Source of the DNA: Pseudomonadota bacterium
Lineage (GTDB): Bacteria > Pseudomonadota > Gammaproteobacteria > Burkholderiales > SG8-39
Reading direction: 5' to 3'
Assembly (NCBI GenBank): GCA_038040245.1
Contig: JBBPIU010000001.1
Span: 1 to 60,602 of the forward strand
Length of the DNA stretch: 60,602 nucleotides
The notes below the pieces were generated by a model. That model was not told the origin of the DNA, did not search any database, and saw only the letters and a program-made list of their open reading frames with translations. Of this stretch, positions 17,755-25,783 are shown one piece after another (within the stretch, counting starts at the first letter, position 1; every line of letters starts with the position of its first letter). Both the position numbers and the translations under genes were made by a program.

Positions 17755-18840
17755 CTACCGTGTGCCAGAAACTGTCCCCACCGCAGCGCTGGCTCGCTGG
17801 CATTCCGGCAAAGACATTTGCTGCCAAAAATTCTGGTCAATCCCGTCACCCATCTGCTTGAATGCCGCAGCGGCACTTGAATAGTCGCGCGCGAGGCACG
17901 AAAACATCGCAAAACCGTTGAAGTTCCACGAATCAGGAAAGCGCGCAATGATGTCCAGAAAGCCTTGGCGCATCAGTTTCCAGTCGAGCCGGGTTTGCTC
18001 GAACAACCCGTTTCCGTAGCTTCCGTAGATGTTCCAGTACAAGCGCGTATAGAGTCCGGCTCCTTCCTCGCCACGGGTCCGCGCCGCCGCATCGCGGGCA
18101 AAGGTGTCCATCGCCTCGAACGACCCGCCCCATCTCGGCTGCATACCGGAAAAGGCCGCGAGATATGCTTCGGGATAGTTCCGCCCGTTGGCGAGGAAAT
18201 CCTTGATCAAGCCCCCAAAAGCCGGCTGAGGCCATGATTGTGCCGAAGCTACTTTGAACATGTTTGAGAACCAGAGAGGGCTCTTGACACTCAGGTTTCG
18301 GGTCGATTCGAGCAACGCGCGAGCCTTAGCGAAGTTGGATTCAAACATCGGCCACGCCTCTGCGGGCACCGTGTCCGCGTAGCCTGAACCGCGGTAGAAC
18401 CAGGCCCGCCTCATTAAGTACGCGGCCTTGATGTTGATCGCATGCGGCGACCGGGGATATTTGGCGATCCAGGCATCTGCTTTGGCAGCAAGGGCATTCC
18501 ACCCCGGTTCGGCATCAGCATAATGTCGAGGAGACGGCACCTGGCAGTCGCAGCGGGTTTCGTAGAATTCCCGGGGAAATTGGATCACGAAGGCTGAGGA
18601 GAGCGCCGTTTCATAGATCGCGAGACGCCACTTGCCCGTCAAGGTTTTCAAGCGCCCGGTCGTGAACTCTTCGGCCATTCGCTCAAGACGGTCGAAATTG
18701 GAATCACGCCATGCCGTTTGCACTTCATAGATGATTTGATTCCTTAGCGCTCGGTCGGCGCCGACGAACGGACGTTTGTCCTGTGCGCTCGCGTGGAATC
18801 CCAGCAGCAGGCAGCACAGGCCGGCGATTATTGTTCGCAT
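17755..18840 (-). CDS. secreted hypothetical protein (possibly DUF4034-like; from memory, unverified)
   Basis: 361 aa. Signal peptide MRTIIAGLCCLLLGFHASA-QD. Visibly lower GC than the flanks. GAGGGAG SD upstream of the ATG. Confidence 0.7.
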   Translation of the reverse strand: MRTIIAGLCCLLLGFHASAQDKRPFVGADRALRNQIIYEVQTAWRDSNFDRLERMAEEFTTGRLKTLTGKWRLAIYETALSSAFVIQFPREFYETRCDCQVPSPRHYADAEPGWNALAAKADAWIAKYPRSPHAINIKAAYLMRRAWFYRGSGYADTVPAEAWPMFESNFAKARALLESTRNLSVKSPLWFSNMFKVASAQSWPQPAFGGLIKDFLANGRNYPEAYLAAFSGMQPRWGGSFEAMDTFARDAAARTRGEEGAGLYTRLYWNIYGSYGNGLFEQTRLDWKLMRQGFLDIIARFPDSWNFNGFAMFSCLARDYSSAAAAFKQMGDGIDQNFWQQMSLPECQRASAAVGTVSGTR

Positions 18841-18896
18841 GTCACTCCCTCGTCTTATTCCGTTGAAAATTCCACTACAGGAGTCTCAAGACCGCC

Positions 18897-19016
18897 TTAC
18901 CAGGCACAGACGAACCTCAGGATGGCATCCGCCACTGTACCGAGCGTTATAGGGCCCCAGTCTTCTTCTCGGACGGATACGAAAATCAATCCAAGGCTGC
19001 CCGCACCACGTTCCAT
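18897..19016 (-). CDS. candidate 39-aa small ORF upstream of the secreted hypothetical
   Basis: AAGGAGGG-N7-ATG. Reads MERGAGSLGLIFVSVREEDWGPITLGTVADAILRFVCAW. Below the ORF-track size cutoff, and there is no homology evidence. Confidence 0.25.
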   Translation of the reverse strand: MERGAGSLGLIFVSVREEDWGPITLGTVADAILRFVCAW

Positions 19017-19090
19017 GAAATATCCCTCCTTTTTTCATGTTTCAGCCCTGGTTAACTTCCCGACGGGCCTGCCGAAAGGTGTATACGCTG

Positions 19091-19120
19091 AATGACCGCC
19101 TTCGGCCAAGAGCGGTCATT
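19091..19120. repeat. REP-like palindrome, family 1, copy B
   Basis: AATGACCGC-cttcggccaaga-GCGGTCATT. Confidence 0.8.
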
Positions 19121-19130
19121 TGCCGGCGCA

Positions 19131-20138
19131 TCACTGGATCACCTCGTCGGCCCGAACCAGCAGCGACTGCGGGATCGTGATGCCGAGCGCCTTCGCAGTT
19201 TTTAGGTTGATGACCAGCTCGAACTTCGTCGGCTGCTCCACGGGCAGGTCGGCGGGCTTGGCGCCTTTGAGAATCTTGTCCACGTAGGTAGCGGCGCGCC
19301 GATACATATCAGCAATGTTCGGTCCATAGGAAATAAGGCCACCGGCATCGACATACTCCCTCTGTGGGTACACTGCCGGCAGTTGGTTCTTTGCCGCCAG
19401 GTCCACGAGGCGTCTTCGCTCAATGGTGAACATGTTGCTTGCCAGCAAGGTCAGAGCACCCGCGCGCTCCCTGGTCATGTCCGAGAACGCCCTGTCGATA
19501 TCGGCGGGCCCTCGCGCCTCAACGAATTGAAGCCGCACCCCCAGCGCCCGTGCCGCGACTTCTGCTTCCTTCAGCATGTCCTTTTCCGTGCGTTCGCCGA
19601 TGGCACCTGGCTGCCAGAGGACAGCGACCCGACTGACCCCCGGAACGGCCTGCTTGAGCTGTTCCAGACGCTTGCCGACGAGCTCCGGGGCGAGGGCGGA
19701 CAACCCCGTGACATTGCCGCCCGGCCGCGCCAGGCTGGTGACGAGCCCGCTCGTCACCGGATCGCTAACACCAATGAAGACAATGGGGAGGGTCTTGGTC
19801 GCGTGCTTGGCGGCCAGGGCGTGGGGTGTGCCTGGGACCAGGATGATATCAACCTTGAGCGCAACCAGTTCGGCCGCAAGAGCGGGGAGTCGCTCGAGCT
19901 TCCCCTCGGCATATCGGTATTCCATCACGAGGTTGCGACCCTCGACGTAACCGAGGTCGCGCAGTCCTTGGAGTAAGGCCTCGACCGCGTGGGGGGCGAC
20001 AGGGGGGGCCCGGCTGTCCCTGAGCGCCAGGATGCCTATTCGAGCGATCTTGGCCGCCTGCTGGGCGTCGGCGGCGAGCGGCGCGGCGAGCAGCGCGCCC
20101 GCTGAAAGCAGAAACTTCCGGCGTCGGATTTGGCTCAT
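19131..20138 (-). CDS. orphan ABC-transporter substrate-binding protein (ABC_sub_bind/PF04392-like)
   Basis: 335 aa. Tat-like signal MSQIRRRKFLLSAGALLAAPLAADA. IGILALRDS...LRDLGYVEGRNLVMEYRYAEGKLERLPALAAELV is typical of this family. No permease or ATPase gene is adjacent. Confidence 0.8.
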   Translation of the reverse strand: MSQIRRRKFLLSAGALLAAPLAADAQQAAKIARIGILALRDSRAPPVAPHAVEALLQGLRDLGYVEGRNLVMEYRYAEGKLERLPALAAELVALKVDIILVPGTPHALAAKHATKTLPIVFIGVSDPVTSGLVTSLARPGGNVTGLSALAPELVGKRLEQLKQAVPGVSRVAVLWQPGAIGERTEKDMLKEAEVAARALGVRLQFVEARGPADIDRAFSDMTRERAGALTLLASNMFTIERRRLVDLAAKNQLPAVYPQREYVDAGGLISYGPNIADMYRRAATYVDKILKGAKPADLPVEQPTKFELVINLKTAKALGITIPQSLLVRADEVIQ

Positions 20139-20177
20139 GTTCCCCCTGTCGACGAGCTGCCGGAAAGTCTACGCTTC

Positions 20178-20207
20178 AATGTCCGCTATGGGTCGAAAGC
20201 GGTCATT
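20178..20207. repeat. REP-like palindrome, family 1, copy C
   Basis: AATGTCCGCTATGGGTCGAAAGCGGTCATT, identical 30-mer to copy E. Confidence 0.85.
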
Positions 20208-20298
20208 GGCAAATCTCGGCTATCGGCCAAGAGCAGGCACTGGTGAGCCGTTACGTCTACCCCCGGCGAATCTCCGAGCCGCGCTACGACGATCGACG

Positions 20299-20562
20299 CT
20301 ACCTCAGGATACAAATTTCCGGCTTACCGACTACGCCAGCGTTTTTCATGGCTTTACGTAGGCCCGGGTTGGAAGCAAACCCCTTTGCTTTTTTTAGGTC
20401 GCTTGCTTGAAACAGAATAAACACCTCTCTCGGGTTCCTAACGCTTCGAAGCAGAGTCTTTTCCCTCAAACCTGCTTTCCTCCGGGCATGCGAATGAGCG
20501 TCATAGCCGCGCTTCCATTTGGCGAAATTAGCGACCTTGTGACGAATAAGAAGATATGCCAT
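20299..20562 (-). CDS. small (87 aa) hypothetical protein, possibly a dimeric alpha/beta-barrel (ABM-like)
   Basis: ATG at 20562 (MAYLLIRHKVANFAKWKRGYDAH...). About 50% GC by eye. The fold assignment is from memory only. Confidence 0.55.
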   Translation of the reverse strand: MAYLLIRHKVANFAKWKRGYDAHSHARRKAGLREKTLLRSVRNPREVFILFQASDLKKAKGFASNPGLRKAMKNAGVVGKPEICILR

Positions 20563-20622
20563 GGGTTCTCCTGTCGTTAATGTTGACCTGCCCGCCAATA
20601 ATAGCGCCAACGAGATCAGGGT

Positions 20623-20685
20623 AAGTCTGCTTCGGGTGGAAAGCGGTCATTCGCGAATGTCTGCTTGCGGCCACAAGCGGTCATT
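20623..20685. repeat. REP-like palindrome, family 1, tandem pair D1/D2
   Basis: AAGTCTGCTTCGGGTGGAAAGCGGTCATT (20623-20651) and AATGTCTGCTTGCGGCCACAAGCGGTCATT (20656-20685). A partial third unit follows. Confidence 0.75.
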
Positions 20686-20782
20686 CAAGCAGGTCCGCTT
20701 CGTGCTCCTTTACGGACGAACCGCGAGCTGGAGGCGATGCGCGCCGGGAAGATTATTTCCAGCGCCACCTAAAACCGGAAGT

Positions 20783-22078
20783 TCAGTTCTTCAATGCGCG
20801 ATAGACGTGCTCGCGCAAGACCAGCCGCTGCCCGCTGTTTAAGGGCGAGGGCGCCTGCAGCATGAGTATCGCGAACATCCGTTCCTTGGGGTCGATCCAG
20901 AAAAAAGTGCCCTGAGCACCTGCCCAGGAGTAGTCCCCGATCGAGCCCGGCACCTTGTTCTTCCCTTCGCTTGTCCGGACAGCGAAGCCGAGGCCGAATC
21001 CCTGCCCATTTTCCGGTGTGGGCGCGGTGACGCCAATCGCATTCCAGCTCGGGGGCGCGGGCGTGTCAGGCGTTAGATGGTTGGAATGCATGATATCGAT
21101 CGTTCCCGGGGCGACGAGGCGCACGCCGTCGAGCGAGCCGCGATTGAGCAGCATCTGGCAGAAGCGGGCGTAGTCCGCGGCGGTGGAGACGAGTCCGTGA
21201 CCTCCCGGAGTCCAGCGCGGCTTCTCCGTCACGACCGGGAAGACGGGCCGCTTGCCTGTTGCGGCAATGACCTGGGGCTCGGCGATCCGTCCGTGCCGGG
21301 GAGCGTCAACCCAGTAGCCGGTCTCGCTCATGCGCAGCGGCTTCAGGATCCGCTCGTGGACGAAGCGATCCATTTCCATGCCGGACACCACTTCCACCAC
21401 TCGAGCCAGGACGTCTGTCGACATGCTGTAGTCCCACCTCGTGCCGGGGTGGAACTGCAGGGGAAGCTTGGCCAGTTTGGTGGTGAACTCGGCGCTCGAC
21501 TGGGCCGGATCGAAAAGCTTTGATCCGTTGTAAAGGTCTTTCACCATGGATTTTCCGATGAATCCATAGGTGATGCCCGAGGTGTGCCGCAGAAGGTCCA
21601 AAAGCGTCATTTCATTCTTGGCCGCCTCGATGACGAGCTGAAGCTTGCCCGAGCCATCCGGTTTCTCGACGCCGACCTTTTGGTCCTTGAACTCGGGGAG
21701 ATAGCGCGACACCGGATCGGTGATCTTCAGCTTGCCCTCCTCCGCAAGCATCATGATCGAAAGCGAAGTGAGCGGCTTCGTCATCGACGCCATCCTGAAG
21801 AGCGCATCCTTGGTCATCGGCGACTTCGCTTCGCGGTCGCGATATCCGATCGCATCGAACCAGGCGATCTTGTTATCCCGGGCGACCAGGATGACCACGC
21901 CGGGCAACTCACCGGAATCAACCTTGGCCTGGAAAGCAGTCGAAAGCTCTTTCAGCCGCTGCGACGAAAGTCCAACTTCCTCGGGCGTGCCCGCCGTCTG
22001 CAGCACCGGTGATGCGCAACCGAAAAGCGCAAGCGCGAAGACGAAAAGGAACGCGAAAGTGCGGGACGTGCGGACCAT
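20783..22078 (-). CDS. serine hydrolase, class C beta-lactamase/esterase family, lipoprotein
   Basis: 431 aa. Lipobox LFGC. Active-site SxxK as ASMTKPLTS. Confidence 0.85.
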   Translation of the reverse strand: MVRTSRTFAFLFVFALALFGCASPVLQTAGTPEEVGLSSQRLKELSTAFQAKVDSGELPGVVILVARDNKIAWFDAIGYRDREAKSPMTKDALFRMASMTKPLTSLSIMMLAEEGKLKITDPVSRYLPEFKDQKVGVEKPDGSGKLQLVIEAAKNEMTLLDLLRHTSGITYGFIGKSMVKDLYNGSKLFDPAQSSAEFTTKLAKLPLQFHPGTRWDYSMSTDVLARVVEVVSGMEMDRFVHERILKPLRMSETGYWVDAPRHGRIAEPQVIAATGKRPVFPVVTEKPRWTPGGHGLVSTAADYARFCQMLLNRGSLDGVRLVAPGTIDIMHSNHLTPDTPAPPSWNAIGVTAPTPENGQGFGLGFAVRTSEGKNKVPGSIGDYSWAGAQGTFFWIDPKERMFAILMLQAPSPLNSGQRLVLREHVYRALKN

Positions 22079-22207
22079 GGCTCCCCCTTGTGTCTATTCC
22101 GTTTGATCAATATACCTTTGCCGGTAAATCGAGTCCATGACCAGGCAGGAGCATGAGAACGACGTGTTCTGTCCCTATTTTTCGTCGAGCAGCCTGACGT
22201 TCCCCTG

Positions 22208-22237
22208 AATGTCCGCTATGGGTCGAAAGCGGTCATT
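22208..22237. repeat. REP-like palindrome, family 1, copy E
   Basis: AATGTCCGCTATGGGTCGAAAGCGGTCATT, identical to copy C. Confidence 0.85.
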
Positions 22238-22277
22238 CAACCCCCTGATCGGCGCATGCCGAATCCGGCTGCGCGCA

Positions 22278-23237
22278 TCAGCCGGACAGCGCGCTTATGT
22301 AAGCCTCGCGATCGATGTTGCCGCCCGAGGCGATGACGGCGAAGCGCTTGCCCTTTTTCGCCCCGTCCTTAAGCAGCGCGGCGAGCGGCGCGGCCCCTGC
22401 GCCTTCGATCAGGTTGTGGGTGTCGGTGTAGAAGTGCCGCACCGCCGCCTTCACCTCGTTGTCGCTCACGCGCACGATGCGTTCGGCACCGGCGCGGATG
22501 ATTTCCAGCGCGGCCGGCACCGGCACCCGCACCGCCATGCCGTCGGCAAAGGTATTCGCGCTCGGGGTCTCGACCGGTTTTCCGGCGTCGAAGGAAAGCG
22601 CGTAGCAGTCCGCGTTCGCCGACACCACGCCGATGATCTTGGTCTTCAGGCCGAGCGCGTCGCGCCAGGCGATCAGGCCGCTGATGCCGGAGCCGCAGCC
22701 GATCGGCACGTACACCGCATCCAGGTCCGCCACCGCCGAAAAGAGCTCGAATGCGTAGCTGCCCACGCCGGCGACCAGTTCGGCATGGAACGGGCCGATG
22801 GATTCCAGCCCCTGCGTCGCGGCGAGCTTCGCCGCGTGCTCGCGCGCTTCGTCGAAATCGCGGCCGTACTCGATGAGTTCCGCGCCCCAGGCGCGCATTG
22901 CGGCGTTCTTGTCGCCGCTGTTGCCGTGCGGCACCACGATCACGGTGCGCACGCCATGGCGCCGGCCGCTCCAGGCGAGGCTCTGGCCGTGATTGCCGCG
23001 CGTCGCGCTGATGACACCGGACAGCTTCGGATTGGCGCGCTTCAGGGCATCGATCATCACGATGCCGCCGCGGATCTTGAACGCGCCGGTGGCGGTGTGG
23101 TTCTCGTGCTTGACCCAGACTTCGCGGCCGGCACGCTGGTTCAGCAGCGGCCAGGAGAGCTGCGGTGTCGGCGGCATGACGGAATGGACCAGACGTGCCG
23201 CCTCGTCGAGGTCTTTCCTTGTCAGATTGAAGTTCAA
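22278..23237 (-). CDS. PLP-dependent threonine/serine dehydratase family protein
   Basis: 319 aa. PLP-lysine motif GAFKIRGG. GCGSGISG glycine loop. Confidence 0.85.
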   Translation of the reverse strand: MNFNLTRKDLDEAARLVHSVMPPTPQLSWPLLNQRAGREVWVKHENHTATGAFKIRGGIVMIDALKRANPKLSGVISATRGNHGQSLAWSGRRHGVRTVIVVPHGNSGDKNAAMRAWGAELIEYGRDFDEAREHAAKLAATQGLESIGPFHAELVAGVGSYAFELFSAVADLDAVYVPIGCGSGISGLIAWRDALGLKTKIIGVVSANADCYALSFDAGKPVETPSANTFADGMAVRVPVPAALEIIRAGAERIVRVSDNEVKAAVRHFYTDTHNLIEGAGAAPLAALLKDGAKKGKRFAVIASGGNIDREAYISALSG

Positions 23238-23240
23238 GGT

Positions 23241-24509
23241 CTATTTCGGCCGCAGGTCGATAACGCGCTTCGCCTTGCCGATGGAGCGCTCGATCGAGCC
23301 GGCGGCGACGATCTTCACGTCGGTGCTGACGCCGATGGTGGACTTGATGTCGTGCTGCAGTTTTCCCGCAGCTTCCTGCTTTTCCGATTCCACCAGCACG
23401 GTGAGATGGTCGAGCGGCCCCTGTTTCGAGAGTTCCAGCACGTAATGCGGGCTCAATCCAGGCTGCTTCAGGATCAGCTCCTCGATCTGCGACGGGAATA
23501 GATTGACGCCGCGGATGATCAACATGTCGTCCGAGCGCCCGGTGATTCGTTCCATCCGGCGCATCACGCGCGCGGTGCCAGGCAGCAAACGGGTCAAATC
23601 GCGCGTGCGGTAGCGGATCACCGGCAGCGCTTCCTTGCTTAGCGACGTGAACACGAGTTCGCCCTTTTCGCCGTCGGGTAGCACTTCGCCGGTCACCGGG
23701 TCCACTACCTCGGGATAGAAATGGTCCTCCCAGATGGTGAGCCCGTCCTTGGTTTCGAGGCATTCCTGCGCCACGCCAGGGCCCATGACCTCGGAGAGGC
23801 CGTAGAGATCAATGGCTTGGAGGGAAGTTCTTTTTTCAATCTGTTTTCTTAGTTCGTTAGTCCAAGGCTCGGCGCCAAAAATTCCTATGCGTAGCGAGGA
23901 CTTCTTCGGATCCATGCCCTGGCGTTCCATCTCGTCGGCGATCGCCAGCATGTACGAGGGCGTCACCATGATGATCTCGGGCTTGAAGTCGCGGATCAGC
24001 TGCACCTGGCGCTCGGTCATGCCGCCCGAGACCGGGATGGTCGCAAGGCCCAGGCGCTCGGCGCCGTAGTGCGCGCCCAGTCCCCCGGTGAAAAGCCCGT
24101 AGCCGTAGGCGACGTGCACCTTGTCGCCGGGCCGCGCGCCCGCAGCGCGGATCGAGCGCGCCATGAGGTGGCTCCAGGTGTCGATGTCCTTCTTGGTGTA
24201 GCCGACCACCGTCGGCTTGCCGGTGGTGCCCGAGGAGGCGTGAATGCGCACTACCTTGTCCATCGGCACCGCGAACATGCCGAACGGGTAGGTCTCGCGC
24301 AGGTCCGCCTTGGCGGTGAAGGGAAATTTCGCCAGGTCTTCGAGCGTCTTCAAGTCCTTCGGTTTGACGCCCGCGGCATCGAACTTCTTACGGTAGTGCG
24401 GGACTTTGTCGTAGACGAGCTTGAGCGTGCGCTTCAAGCGCGAGAGCTGCAGCGCGCGAAGCTGCTTGCGAGAGGCCTTCTCGATCGGCTCCAGGGGAAA
24501 TTTTTTCAT
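23241..24509 (-). CDS. paaK: phenylacetate-CoA ligase
   Basis: Parallels E. coli PaaK (SSGTTGKPTVVGYT, IGIFGAEPWT, IDLYGLSEVMGPGV). Start set at ATG 24509, preceded by AGGGAGG. An alternative ATG at 24524 overlaps the paaG stop by 1 nt. Confidence 0.9.
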   Translation of the reverse strand: MKKFPLEPIEKASRKQLRALQLSRLKRTLKLVYDKVPHYRKKFDAAGVKPKDLKTLEDLAKFPFTAKADLRETYPFGMFAVPMDKVVRIHASSGTTGKPTVVGYTKKDIDTWSHLMARSIRAAGARPGDKVHVAYGYGLFTGGLGAHYGAERLGLATIPVSGGMTERQVQLIRDFKPEIIMVTPSYMLAIADEMERQGMDPKKSSLRIGIFGAEPWTNELRKQIEKRTSLQAIDLYGLSEVMGPGVAQECLETKDGLTIWEDHFYPEVVDPVTGEVLPDGEKGELVFTSLSKEALPVIRYRTRDLTRLLPGTARVMRRMERITGRSDDMLIIRGVNLFPSQIEELILKQPGLSPHYVLELSKQGPLDHLTVLVESEKQEAAGKLQHDIKSTIGVSTDVKIVAAGSIERSIGKAKRVIDLRPK

Positions 24510-24523
24510 TACCTCCCTGCTCA

Positions 24524-25303
24524 TTACGAGCCCTTGAATTCCGGCTTGCGCTTTTCCAGGAACGCAGTCACGCCTTCGCGGTAGTCCTCGCCTTTGCCGA
24601 TCTCGCGCTGCAGGTCGCGTTCCAGATCCAGTTGTTGATCGAGGGTGTTATTGAACGATGTGTAAATGGCTTTCTTTATCAGGCCCAGGGATCTTGTCGG
24701 GCCTGCTGCCAAAGCAGAAGAAATTTTTATCGCTTCAACTCCCAATTGCGCGTCATCCACACATTTCCAGATCACGCCGAAGCGCTCCGCATCCTCCGCC
24801 GAAAGGCGGTCGCCCGTCATTGCGAGCGCGATCGCGCGCTGCGCGCCCGCGAGCCGCGGCAGGAAATAGGTGCCGCCGCAGTCGGGCACGAGACCGATCT
24901 TCACGAACGCCTGGATGAAGGAGGCCGAGCGCGCGGCAAGCACGATGTCGCAGGCAAGCGCGAAATTCGCGCCGGCGCCCGCCGCCACGCCGTTGACCGC
25001 GCAGACGATCGGCTTGGGCAGCGCGCGCATGCGCTTGACGAGCGGGTTGTACCAAGTCTCCAGGCCCGCGCCGAGATCGATGGCAGTAGCCTTCATATCG
25101 CGCTCCGTCAAGTCCTGACCCGCGCAAAAGCCGCGCCCGGCGCCGGTAATGAGCAGGCAGCGGATCGCGGCATCGGCTTCGGCACGCGTCATCGCATCGG
25201 CGAGCCCTTTGTGGACGGCGGGATTGAAGGCGTTGAGCTTCTCCGGGCGGTTGAGCGTGATGCGCAGCACGCCGGTTTCGAGCGAAACAAGGACGGGTTC
25301 CAT
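24524..25303 (-). CDS. paaG: enoyl-CoA hydratase/isomerase, PaaG-like
   Basis: Crotonase fold (LNRPEKLNAF, FCAGQDL, VNGVAAGAGANFAL). ATG 25303 chosen because MEPVLVSLETGVLRITLNRP parallels the E. coli PaaG N-terminus. The track start at 25336 is a TTG. Confidence 0.85.
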   Translation of the reverse strand: MEPVLVSLETGVLRITLNRPEKLNAFNPAVHKGLADAMTRAEADAAIRCLLITGAGRGFCAGQDLTERDMKATAIDLGAGLETWYNPLVKRMRALPKPIVCAVNGVAAGAGANFALACDIVLAARSASFIQAFVKIGLVPDCGGTYFLPRLAGAQRAIALAMTGDRLSAEDAERFGVIWKCVDDAQLGVEAIKISSALAAGPTRSLGLIKKAIYTSFNNTLDQQLDLERDLQREIGKGEDYREGVTAFLEKRKPEFKGS

Positions 25304-25320
25304 GGTCAAAGCTTGGCTAA

Positions 25321-25692
25321 TCAGCGGCGCCGGCAAATCACCAGCGACGAGCAGATGCCCAGCTTGTCGGTCACTTTTTCAACCTTCAACCCGGCGGCCT
25401 CGATCATCGCGCCGGTATGGGTCAGCAGGTAGCGCTCGCCTTCGCAGCGGACCATGCCCGCCGCGAGCCCCGCTTCCAGCAGCGCCAGCACGCCATAGCG
25501 CGAAGTCTCGACTTTCCCCGTGATCTCGTCGAGCGTCAGGCCCGGGCGCGCCGCCCGCAGAGCCTTCAGGATGCCGAGGTCGCGCAGCAGCCTCGCCGTC
25601 TGAAACAGCATCGGTCCGAAGGCGATCTTCTGCGCTTCGAACCTCGCCTCCGCGAGCGGCGTCTGTTCGGGGTTTGAATTCTTTGCGTCCAT
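25321..25692 (-). pseudogene. stand-alone winged-helix fragment resembling the N-terminal dimerisation domain of O-methyltransferase-like proteins, possibly a truncated remnant
   Basis: FEAQKIAFGPMLFQTARLLRDLGILKAL...LTLDEI resembles the N-terminal roughly 110 aa of about 340-aa methyltransferases. No SAM-binding domain follows. The tail runs up to paaG. Confidence 0.4.
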
Positions 25693-25699
25693 ATCACTT

Positions 25700-25722
25700 A
25701 AATACTGCACCCGCCCACGTCA
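25700..25722. repeat. 23-nt motif copy 1 (AAATACTGCACCCGCCCACGTCA)
   Basis: 21/23 identical to 26938-26960, same orientation. Lies 8 nt upstream of the ATG at 25692 (minus). Confidence 0.8.
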
Positions 25723-25783
25723 TTCAGGCAAGCGCGGGCGCGTGCGGCCGCACGCCCCAGTGGCGTTGCGGACAGCCAAACGG

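Noticed and set aside
20032-20361. ORFs beginning MSAMGRKRS (also 22209..)
   Set aside because: The start codon and first 9 residues are encoded by the REP-like palindrome itself (AATGTCCGCTATGGGTCGAAAGCGGTCATT). They are repeat-seeded artefacts.
22369-23763. 464-aa, 430-aa (22209..23501) and similar Arg-rich ORFs over the dehydratase/paaK region. The same applies to 25698..26774, 25832..26935, 35001..36623, 35861..37480, 54389..55783 and 29511..31535.
   Set aside because: Composition is extreme in R/A/G/P with no recognisable motifs. All of them overlap strongly supported genes in another frame or strand. These are classic high-GC shadow ORFs.
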